DNA of 64,000 nucleotides from an uncultured Acidimicrobiales bacterium (GTDB lineage Bacteria; Actinomycetota; Acidimicrobiia; Acidimicrobiales; SHLQ01): NCBI GenBank assembly GCA_938041035.1, contig CALHYX010000010.1, positions 43,719 to 107,718 of the forward strand, read 5' to 3'. Shown piece by piece: positions 56,945 to 64,000 of this stretch (position 1 is its first letter; each line of letters starts with the position of its first letter). The notes under the pieces were generated by a model. It saw only the letters and a program-made list of their open reading frames with translations, ran no database searches and was not told where the DNA came from. The position numbers and the translations under genes were made by a program.

Positions 56945-59089
56945 TTAAGACAGCGGCTGAACGGAATCGAAAGGAGTCGGCTCGGTGGCCGGAGCGGGGT
57001 CGGGTTTGGGCATCTCGACCGGGGCGGAGAGGGACTTGTGCAGCGTCAGCAACGACGGCCCACCGGCAGCCTGGTCGCGACTCGCGATGGCATAGCCCCG
57101 GCTTTCGTACAGCGCTCGCGGTCCGGTGGCGATTTCTCCCACGATCAGCTGCACGGTCGCGTGGCCCGCAGCGGCGAGTTGTCGTTCGGCCTCACCGAGC
57201 AGTCGGGCAGCGATGCCCTGCCGCATCCGATCGGGCGCCACCATGAGTCCCTCGATGTCGACCCCGCCGGAGCGATAGGACCGAGCGCTGATCGCACCGA
57301 TGATCCGATGCCCTTCGGTCGCCACGAGGGTCGTCGATGCGGCCAGCAGGGTCCGGTAGTCGGCGAAGGTCATCTCGAGGCGTGGCGTGCGCGGGGTGTC
57401 GTAGGTGAACGCCTCGTCGACAAAGGCGGCTCTTTGCAGGGTGAACAGTTCGCCGAGGTCGGCGGCGGTCGCGGCTCGGATGACGACCGGTGCGGCGGCG
57501 GATCGTTCGAACGGCTGCTGATACCGCGCGTCGACCGGCGACCCGTCGGCTTTGGGTGCGTCGGGTCGGCCGGCGAGCACCGCCCGGTCAGCTCGCCAGA
57601 TGGCGAAATGGAACCACACGATGGTGGCGATGACGATCGACGATGCGACCGGGCTCGACAGGTCGGCACTCAGGCTGGCGGCCGAGCCGTCGAGCAGTTC
57701 GCGCAGCACGATGAAGACGATTCGGACGAGGGTGATGGCCAGCGCGAGCCCGCCTACGGCGAAGGTGGCGACGAGGTAGACCTTGCGCCACACCGAGTCG
57801 CTTTCGCCGATCGGGTCGGCTTCACGATGCCGTTCGACGGTTCCCCACTGATGCCTCCACAGCAGCGTGCACACCACCAACCCGGTGAGGGTCACGATGA
57901 GAATGTTCGCCACGTCGGGGCCGCCGGCAAACGATGTGATGCCGGTCCGGGCCATTTTCCACGCGATCAGCAGCAGTGAGGTTGCGGCCGTGGCCCCGCC
58001 GATCAGACCCAGCGAGATAAGGTTGTAGTTGGCGAACCTGAGCGCTTCGTTGCGCTCCGCCGGACCGCTGCTCACGAGCCGCCAACGGTGGTAGGCCCAG
58101 CTGAGCACCGCGACGATGACGGCGGTGCCGATGAACACCCCGGGTTCGAAGTAGCTGGCGGCATCGTTCGTGGTGTCACCCAGGAACCAGATCAGGACCC
58201 CGGCGATGGCGGCGGTGACCGACCAGAGGATCACGGTCACGGCTGGCAGGATGCCGATGATCACCGTGGTGAAGAACCACAGTGACGAACGCCTGCGATC
58301 CCCTTCGACCGAGCCGGGTCGGTCGAAGTGCAACAGCCAGTACCAGGTCCAGACGACGGCGCCGACGAGCAGTACCAGCAGCCACTGCTTGGCTGTTCCG
58401 CTGTTCTCGGCTATGAGGTCGTCGAATACGGACGCGTAGGCCGACCCGAGGACTTGCACCACGAGGCCGTAGACGCCGGTGAAGAACCAGCCGAGGCCCA
58501 CGATCGAGCCGATGGCGAGGTGGGCATCGCCGCGAACGCCGAACCGCGGGCGCAGGAAGAACCAGTGCAGACCCCAGACCGCCAGCCAGATGGTCGGGGC
58601 GACGCCGTCGACCAGTTCGAACGGATCGTCGGTGTCACCGAGTCGGATGATGAGCTGCGCCGCGTACACGAGCACGACGACGAGGGAAACGCTGAGCGCC
58701 CCCACCAGGTAGGTCGACCAGCCCCGCTGCGACCTCGTGTCCCCGTTTTGGTGTCGGTGGAGTCGGCGTCGTTCGCTGGCGAACAGCAGCCCGCCGAACG
58801 CCGGTATGGCGACGAGGAGCAGCGCCATCGTCTGGGCGAGTTCGACGGCGCCCGCCGACCCGACGGTTGCGCCGGATCCCACGATCCGCTGGCCGAGATC
58901 CACCAGGGCGAGGGTGACGACGAGGAAGGCGACGAACAGCCCGGAGTGCACGGCGAACGACTTGAGGGCCTCGACCGGGTCGAGCGGCTCTTCGCCGCCA
59001 CCGATGACGGCTCGCACCAGGAGGACGGCGCCGGTCACCAAACCGCCGAAGAGGATCAGCGGGCTCAGGATCGAAAGGACGAGGTCCAT
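56945..59089 (-). CDS. polytopic membrane protein fused to C-terminal GNAT N-acetyltransferase domain
   Basis: At least 12 TM helices are followed by a GNAT motif A (IEGLMVAPDRMRQGIAARLLGEAE). The ATG shares one nt with the upstream gene's stop (ATGA). Confidence 0.55.
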   Translation of the reverse strand: MDLVLSILSPLILFGGLVTGAVLLVRAVIGGGEEPLDPVEALKSFAVHSGLFVAFLVVTLALVDLGQRIVGSGATVGSAGAVELAQTMALLLVAIPAFGGLLFASERRRLHRHQNGDTRSQRGWSTYLVGALSVSLVVVLVYAAQLIIRLGDTDDPFELVDGVAPTIWLAVWGLHWFFLRPRFGVRGDAHLAIGSIVGLGWFFTGVYGLVVQVLGSAYASVFDDLIAENSGTAKQWLLVLLVGAVVWTWYWLLHFDRPGSVEGDRRRSSLWFFTTVIIGILPAVTVILWSVTAAIAGVLIWFLGDTTNDAASYFEPGVFIGTAVIVAVLSWAYHRWRLVSSGPAERNEALRFANYNLISLGLIGGATAATSLLLIAWKMARTGITSFAGGPDVANILIVTLTGLVVCTLLWRHQWGTVERHREADPIGESDSVWRKVYLVATFAVGGLALAITLVRIVFIVLRELLDGSAASLSADLSSPVASSIVIATIVWFHFAIWRADRAVLAGRPDAPKADGSPVDARYQQPFERSAAAPVVIRAATAADLGELFTLQRAAFVDEAFTYDTPRTPRLEMTFADYRTLLAASTTLVATEGHRIIGAISARSYRSGGVDIEGLMVAPDRMRQGIAARLLGEAERQLAAAGHATVQLIVGEIATGPRALYESRGYAIASRDQAAGGPSLLTLHKSLSAPVEMPKPDPAPATEPTPFDSVQPLS

Positions 59090-59565
59090 CAGTTTGCATC
59101 CGCGCAGTCGCGCAGTGTCCAGGGCCACTCGGCATTGGTGATCAGCCAGTCGCCGTCGTCGCGTCGGAGTTCGAAGCTGTAGGTGCGCTCGTAGCGGTAG
59201 TCGTCGAAGGGATCTTCGAACGAGCTGTCCGTGAAGGTGAGCGAGATGATCGCCCGGTCACCGTCGACCTGGGACTCGGCCAGGGTTGCTCGCGAGCTGG
59301 ACAGGTTGGCCGTCCCGTAGTCGTCGAGGGTGGAACTGCAGGCGTTGTCGAGGCGGGGGGAAAACCGGTCGTACATGCCTTCGACATCGTCGGCATACAC
59401 CGCATCGACGTACTCCTGAAGTGCCGATTCGGGGGAGCCTTCGGCAAAGGTGGCCTTGTTCTGGGCCAGGGTGAAACCGGCGATGACCAGCAGGGCGAGC
59501 AGGAGCAGCGTGCCCAGGATGATCAGCGGCAGCTTCGACACCGAGGGGTTGCTGGTCCGGTTCAT
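59089..59565 (-). CDS. small membrane-anchored extracytoplasmic protein
   Basis: MNRTSNPSVSKLPLIILGTLLLLALLVIAGF forms a signal-anchor, followed by a 120-aa acidic domain. Confidence 0.45.
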   Translation of the reverse strand: MNRTSNPSVSKLPLIILGTLLLLALLVIAGFTLAQNKATFAEGSPESALQEYVDAVYADDVEGMYDRFSPRLDNACSSTLDDYGTANLSSSRATLAESQVDGDRAIISLTFTDSSFEDPFDDYRYERTYSFELRRDDGDWLITNAEWPWTLRDCADAN

Positions 59566-59600
59566 GAATCCAGTCTTGCATTCGGACTGGCGTTGTCCAT

Positions 59601-59713
59601 GGGGGTTAGCCCCCAAACAGGACTGGGGTTAGCCCCCAAACGGGACTGGGGCTTGCCCCCAAACGGGACTGGGGTTAGCGCCCAAACGGGACTGGGGGTT
59701 AGCCCGACACCGG
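59601..59713. repeat. tandem array of ~5 x 23-bp units (GGGTTAGCCCCCAAACGGGACTG), each containing a GGGG-N4-CCCC mini-hairpin
   Basis: Direct head-to-tail units with 1-3 substitutions each and no unique spacers. The array lies between the lipoprotein stop (59723) and the downstream small-gene start (59565). Confidence 0.85.
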
Positions 59714-59722
59714 CCGGTCGCC

Positions 59723-60484
59723 TTAGGGAGCTTCGATAGGTTTGAAGTTGAACAGGGTGGTGGTGGTCTGGTCCGGCGCCTGGGTGGTGGCGGGTTGGGT
59801 GGTGGCGGGAGCACTCGGCTCTATGGGTTTGAAGTTGAACAGCGTGGTGGTGGTCTGGTTCGGCGCCTGGGTGGTGGCGGGCGCAGTCGTCGGCGGTGCA
59901 GTCGTCGCCGGCGCGGTCGTGGGCGGTGCCGCCGTCGTGGTGGTCTGGTCCGGCGCTTCGGTGGTGGTGGGCGCACTCGGCTCGATGGGCTTGAACGTGA
60001 ACACCGTGTCGGGCACCGGCTCGTCGTCGAGTACCGAGAAGCTCACCTGGTCGGTGAGGGCAACGGCGGTTCCGAACCCGTCGGCAGCTTGCACACACAT
60101 GGTGTGAAAGCCCGGTTCCAGGTCGACGGACAGCATCTCTTCGTCGATTTCGATCGCGGTTTCGGTGTCGATGGTGCGGCCCGCGGCGACACACGGTTCG
60201 TCGATGAGGAGATACATCCGGCCGGCGAGGTCGGTGGTGGACCGCTCGTCGGTGATGGTGAATCCGTTCACGTTGATCAGGATCTTCACCGGCGACATGG
60301 TGCGGGCGCCGTCGCCCGGGGTCAGGAGTTGTACGAAGACCCGCTGGTTGACCTGGCGTTGGGCGAGCGCGGGGGACAGTTCGGGCGAAAAACTCGGCGT
60401 TTCCGCCGCGTTGTCGGTCTGGCCGCATGCGCCGGCCAGCAGCGCGATCCCGGCGAGAAGGCCGGTGATTCGTTTCGATTTCAC
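59723..60484 (-). CDS. lipoprotein with C-terminal TLFNFKPIEPSAP/T-P-rich tandem repeats
   Basis: GTG 60484 gives VKSKRITGLLAGIALLAGAC, with a LAGAC lipobox. The C-terminus has three FKPIEPSAP(T/A)TT repeats, matching the DNA repeats at 59740-59960. Confidence 0.5.
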   Translation of the reverse strand: MKSKRITGLLAGIALLAGACGQTDNAAETPSFSPELSPALAQRQVNQRVFVQLLTPGDGARTMSPVKILINVNGFTITDERSTTDLAGRMYLLIDEPCVAAGRTIDTETAIEIDEEMLSVDLEPGFHTMCVQAADGFGTAVALTDQVSFSVLDDEPVPDTVFTFKPIEPSAPTTTEAPDQTTTTAAPPTTAPATTAPPTTAPATTQAPNQTTTTLFNFKPIEPSAPATTQPATTQAPDQTTTTLFNFKPIEAP

Positions 60485-60613
60485 CCTGGGTTGATCGACC
60501 GAGAGCGGACCGTGCTTGAGACAACTACGGCGATCTGGCCACCCGGCTCGGGCGATCCGATCGTCATGGCTATTTGGCACAGTTCGGCGTCCAGCCGGTC
60601 GAAGACAGCAACG

Positions 60614-63355
60614 ATGGCTAGACGGATGTTGCTCCTTGTGCTCATTCCCCTGCTCGCAGTGGGGGCGTTCGCCATCGCGCTCGTGCAGCAACAGACCGAC
60701 GTTTCCCGGGAGCTGGAAGCGACGTCGGCGGTCGTCGAGATGTCGGCTTCACTCAATGACCTTCTGCTCGCGATGCAGGACGAAGTCCTCGCCTCGGCGG
60801 ACTACGTCGCCCAGCCCTCCACCGGCCCGCAGCTCGCCCGAGAGAACAATTTTCGGGTCGACCGGTCCCGGGTTGTGGTCAACCGGAGGCTCGCCGATGC
60901 GTGGGCCACTTTGGACCGCGTAGGCCCGGCGCTGCCGGTTGCGGATCGCGACCGAGTGGGCACATCGCTCGCCTCCACCGTCGCAATGCTCGGCTTTCGG
61001 CCCGACGTCGACGAGCGCTGGATCTCGCCACTGCAGATCGCCGACCGGTTCGGTCAGGTCGGCGAACAGATCGGGGCTGCCGCCCAGACCCAGTTGATCA
61101 GCCTCGATGACAATGCGGTCACCACCGATCTGTTGGCCATGTTGACCATGGCCGAGGTGGGCTATCGCCAGACGACCGAACAGTTGATGGTGGCCTATGC
61201 GCTCGAACGGCAGGTTTGGGTGCCAGGTGCCTACGAGCGAGCCATCGGATGCGTCGCCGCCCAGCGGGTCGCGACCGATCTCATCGACGGTTTGGTCGGT
61301 GGCGGCTCCACCCTGGCGCCGTCTCCGCAGCTGGTCGACCTTCGGGACCGGGTCCTCGCCGGCCCCGAGGACGGGTTCCCCGCCGCCGAAGAGATGGCGA
61401 CCTGGAACGACCTGAATCGGCAACGGCGAGAAGAGATCCGAGAGGCGAGCCAGGTGCAGCGGACTCGGCTCGATCAACGGACGACGGAGTTGGCCGAAGC
61501 CAGCCTCAATCGCTTCTGGATCGTCATCGCCGCTATCGCGGTGGCGGTGGTCACCATGAGCGTGGCCTTCCTGGGCACGATGCTCTACGCCGGAAAGGTG
61601 CGACGAATAACCCGGCAGATGGTCGAGATCGCCCACGGCAACCTCGACCTACCGCAGGTCGGCCCGGCGACCGCTCACGACGAGATCGATCAGATGGCCC
61701 AGGCCTTCGATGGCATGACCGAGCACGTGCGCGCCGCGCAGGAACTCGAAGCCCAGGAAGCGGCGGTGCTCGAGCAGATCGCCCGGGGCGACAGCCTCGC
61801 ATCGATCACCCGATCGATCGCCGCGCTGGCGACGAACCAGACATCGGTTCCGCACACGATCGTCGAGTTCTATCCGGCTTCGGGGTTGGGTCGGCCGATC
61901 CACCGTGGCTCCGACACCGAGCCGATTGCCTGGTTGGCGCCGGAGTACCGCCGCGACGAGGACAAGGGTCGGGATCGGTTGGTGCAGACCACGTGTGTCG
62001 GCCTGGCCGCCCTGGCCTATGACCGCCGACGGACCGATCAGCACCTGACCTACCAGGCGACCCACGACCTGTTGACCGGCGTCGCCAACCGCGGCGTGCT
62101 CGTGGCCGAAACCGACCGGGCGCTGCGCGACACCGACCGCGAGCTGGTCGCCATGCTCTACTGCGATCTCGACGGTTTCAAGGGCGTCAACGACGGCTAT
62201 GGCCACCAGGCAGGCGACGGCCTGCTCGTCGACGTTGCGGCCCGGCTACGTCGGATTCTCGGAACGAGCGGTCTGATCACCCGCGTCGGTGGTGACGAGT
62301 TCGTGATCCTCTTCGACGATGTCGCGAGCACGGAGGAGGCGATCGAGATCGCCAGCCAGGTCATCGAGGCGATGGAGCGACCGTTTGATGTCGCTCGATC
62401 CAAGGCCCACATTTCCGTGTCGGTTGGCATTGCGGTCACCCCGGGCGGCATCGGGTCCGAGGATCTGATTCGCAACGCCGACCTCGCTCTCTACCGGGCC
62501 AAGGCGCTGGGACGCGGTCGTTACGAGGTGTTCGATGACGAGCTTGGCGCCTGGGCGGCCAAGAAGGTCTCCACGGCCGACGCGCTTCGCCGGGCGATCG
62601 ACGAGGAGCAGTTGGAAGTCTGGTACCAGCCGGTGTTCGGCATCGAGGAGGGTCTGGCGGGATTCGAGGGCCTGGTGCGCTGGAACCGCCCGGGCCACGG
62701 CATCGTCAGCCCGATCGACTTCCTCGAGATCGCCGAGGACACCGGCATGATCATCCCGTTGGGCAACCACGTGTTGGCTCAGGGGTGTGCGCAGCTGGCG
62801 GCGTGGCACGCCGCCGGGTCGGATTGCTCGTTGTCCATCAACATCTCCGGCGCACAGTTGATCCATGCCGATTTCGCCGAGCAGGTGTCGCGGGCATTGG
62901 ACGTGTCGGGAGCTCCTGCGGAGCGCCTGGTCGTCGAGGTCACCGAAACCGTGCTCCTCGAAAATCGCGACATTGCCGTCGCCACCCTCGCCGAGCTGCG
63001 CGAGATGGGCGTGCGCGTCGCGATCGACGACTTTGGCACCGGCTATTCATCGCTCGCGTACCTGCGCGAACTGCCGATCGACATCTTGAAGATCGACAAG
63101 GCGTTCGTGGATTCGGTGGCCGACGGCCCGCAGGACCAGGCCATCGTCCGCGCGGTGGTCAGCATTGCCGAGGCGTTGTCGATGTTCGTGATCGCCGAAG
63201 GGGTCGAGCACCCGGAGCAGTTGCGAGCGCTCAAAGCCCTCGGATGTGACGGCGTGCAGGGCTTCCTTCTGGCCAAACCCATGACCGGTTCTGCGGCCAC
63301 CCGGCTGATCGACGAGCGCGGCCTGGTTGGTCGCACGGCGGCATCCGCCTTCTAA
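60614..63355 (+). CDS. membrane sensor diguanylate cyclase/phosphodiesterase (periplasmic sensor-HAMP-GGDEF-EAL)
   Basis: An N-terminal TM helix and a helical extracytoplasmic domain are followed by a second TM helix and HAMP. The GGDEF domain contains RVGGDEF and the EAL domain contains EVTETVLL...DDFGTGYSSLAYL...KIDKAFV...DGVQGFLLAKP. Confidence 0.8.
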   Translation: MARRMLLLVLIPLLAVGAFAIALVQQQTDVSRELEATSAVVEMSASLNDLLLAMQDEVLASADYVAQPSTGPQLARENNFRVDRSRVVVNRRLADAWATLDRVGPALPVADRDRVGTSLASTVAMLGFRPDVDERWISPLQIADRFGQVGEQIGAAAQTQLISLDDNAVTTDLLAMLTMAEVGYRQTTEQLMVAYALERQVWVPGAYERAIGCVAAQRVATDLIDGLVGGGSTLAPSPQLVDLRDRVLAGPEDGFPAAEEMATWNDLNRQRREEIREASQVQRTRLDQRTTELAEASLNRFWIVIAAIAVAVVTMSVAFLGTMLYAGKVRRITRQMVEIAHGNLDLPQVGPATAHDEIDQMAQAFDGMTEHVRAAQELEAQEAAVLEQIARGDSLASITRSIAALATNQTSVPHTIVEFYPASGLGRPIHRGSDTEPIAWLAPEYRRDEDKGRDRLVQTTCVGLAALAYDRRRTDQHLTYQATHDLLTGVANRGVLVAETDRALRDTDRELVAMLYCDLDGFKGVNDGYGHQAGDGLLVDVAARLRRILGTSGLITRVGGDEFVILFDDVASTEEAIEIASQVIEAMERPFDVARSKAHISVSVGIAVTPGGIGSEDLIRNADLALYRAKALGRGRYEVFDDELGAWAAKKVSTADALRRAIDEEQLEVWYQPVFGIEEGLAGFEGLVRWNRPGHGIVSPIDFLEIAEDTGMIIPLGNHVLAQGCAQLAAWHAAGSDCSLSINISGAQLIHADFAEQVSRALDVSGAPAERLVVEVTETVLLENRDIAVATLAELREMGVRVAIDDFGTGYSSLAYLRELPIDILKIDKAFVDSVADGPQDQAIVRAVVSIAEALSMFVIAEGVEHPEQLRALKALGCDGVQGFLLAKPMTGSAATRLIDERGLVGRTAASAF

Positions 63356-63363
63356 CCCGGTCC

Positions 63364-64000
63364 CTACACCGGTCGGCTGGGTACCCGCTGACCCTTGGCG
63401 ACGGTGACGATCCCGCCGGGCGAGATGCTGAAGTGTTCGTGGTCGTACTCGCCGTCGACGCCGATGCCCTGCCCAGCGGGTACGACAACGTTTTTGTCGA
63501 TGATGGCGTTCTTGATGACCGCGTTGGCGCCGACCCGCACACCGTTGAGCAGGATCGAGTTCTCGACCTGGGCGCCGGGGCCGATGTAGGCGCCACCGGA
63601 TACGACCGAGTTGCTGAGTTCGGCGCCGGCCACCACGACGCCGTTGCACAAGAGCGTCTGGTGCACGCGACTGGCCTGGCCGTCCTCGGTCAGGACCTTG
63701 GCCGGTGGAAGCCCGGGAACTGCGGTATGGATCGGCCATTCGTTGTTGTACAGGTCGAACATCGGGTCCGGTCCCACGAGGTCCATCGTCGCCTCGTGGT
63801 AGGCGTCGATGGTTCCCACGTCGCGCCAGTAGTGTTCCTCAGCCTTTACGCCGGGTACCCGGTTCTGAGTGAAGTCGTACACGTGGGCGGTGCCGGCGTC
63901 GACCAGCTTGGGGATGATGTCGCCGCCGATGTCGTTGTTGGAGGAGTCATCGCCCGCGTCCTCGCGCAGGATGTCGACGAGGGTCTCGGTGTTGAAGACG
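63364..64000 (-). CDS. glgC: glucose-1-phosphate adenylyltransferase GlgC, C-terminal beta-helix part (N-terminus beyond window end)
   Basis: YWRDVGTIDAYHEA and the hexapeptide-repeat C-terminus are present. The frame stays open to position 64000. Confidence 0.8.
   Translation of the reverse strand, partial: VFNTETLVDILREDAGDDSSNNDIGGDIIPKLVDAGTAHVYDFTQNRVPGVKAEEHYWRDVGTIDAYHEATMDLVGPDPMFDLYNNEWPIHTAVPGLPPAKVLTEDGQASRVHQTLLCNGVVVAGAELSNSVVSGGAYIGPGAQVENSILLNGVRVGANAVIKNAIIDKNVVVPAGQGIGVDGEYDHEHFSISPGGIVTVAKGQRVPSRPV

Noticed and set aside
59601-59713. Possible CRISPR array
   Set aside because: The units are directly adjacent with no unique spacers, the repeat is only 23 bp, and no cas genes are nearby. 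It is a minisatellite or hairpin array instead.

Overview
This is a 64-kb segment of a high-GC (roughly 70% G+C) actinobacterial-type chromosome. The codon usage, the leaderless furA-katG pair and the many 4-nt ATGA/GTGA start-stop overlaps point to Actinomycetota, possibly an Acidimicrobiia-like lineage. It is densely coding on both strands, with about 55 supportable CDS. I found no rRNA, tRNA, transposase, integrase or CRISPR array. Many long ORFs in the six-frame track are antisense or out-of-frame artefacts of the GC bias, for example 45..1415+, 12124..13551+, 13582..15390-, 16229..17665-, 20484..22184-, 32196..33545-, 32852..34387-, 35332..36726-, 37750..39213- and 53885..54718+. Gene content is mostly core, envelope and stress functions: furA-katG, serB, surE, gluQ, a plsC-like acyltransferase, partial glgC, an ECF sigma/anti-sigma pair, an OmpA-CHRD protein, an OmpR/histidine-kinase two-component system, MscS, MFS and EamA transporters, an amidase, an aminotransferase/omega-amidase/CoA-transferase operon, an ApbE/ferric-reductase-like module, a formate-dehydrogenase-like molybdoenzyme, a DEAD/DEAH helicase and two GGDEF-EAL proteins. 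Five things stand out. First, an NfeD-flotillin membrane-microdomain operon is extended by a translationally coupled protein of about 1715 aa that carries a single AAA_5-type ATPase module and a very large N-terminal region I cannot assign. Second, a TlpA/redoxin-family gene has an in-frame TGA at the position of the catalytic Cys, followed by a hairpin at SECIS-like spacing, so it is either a selenoprotein candidate or a pseudogene. Third, a palindromic repeat element occurs three times in intergenic regions. Fourth, there is a 23-bp tandem array of five small GGGG-N4-CCCC hairpins. Fifth, two adjacent paralogous genes encode helical proteins with histone-H1/HupB-like Lys/Ala-rich tails.
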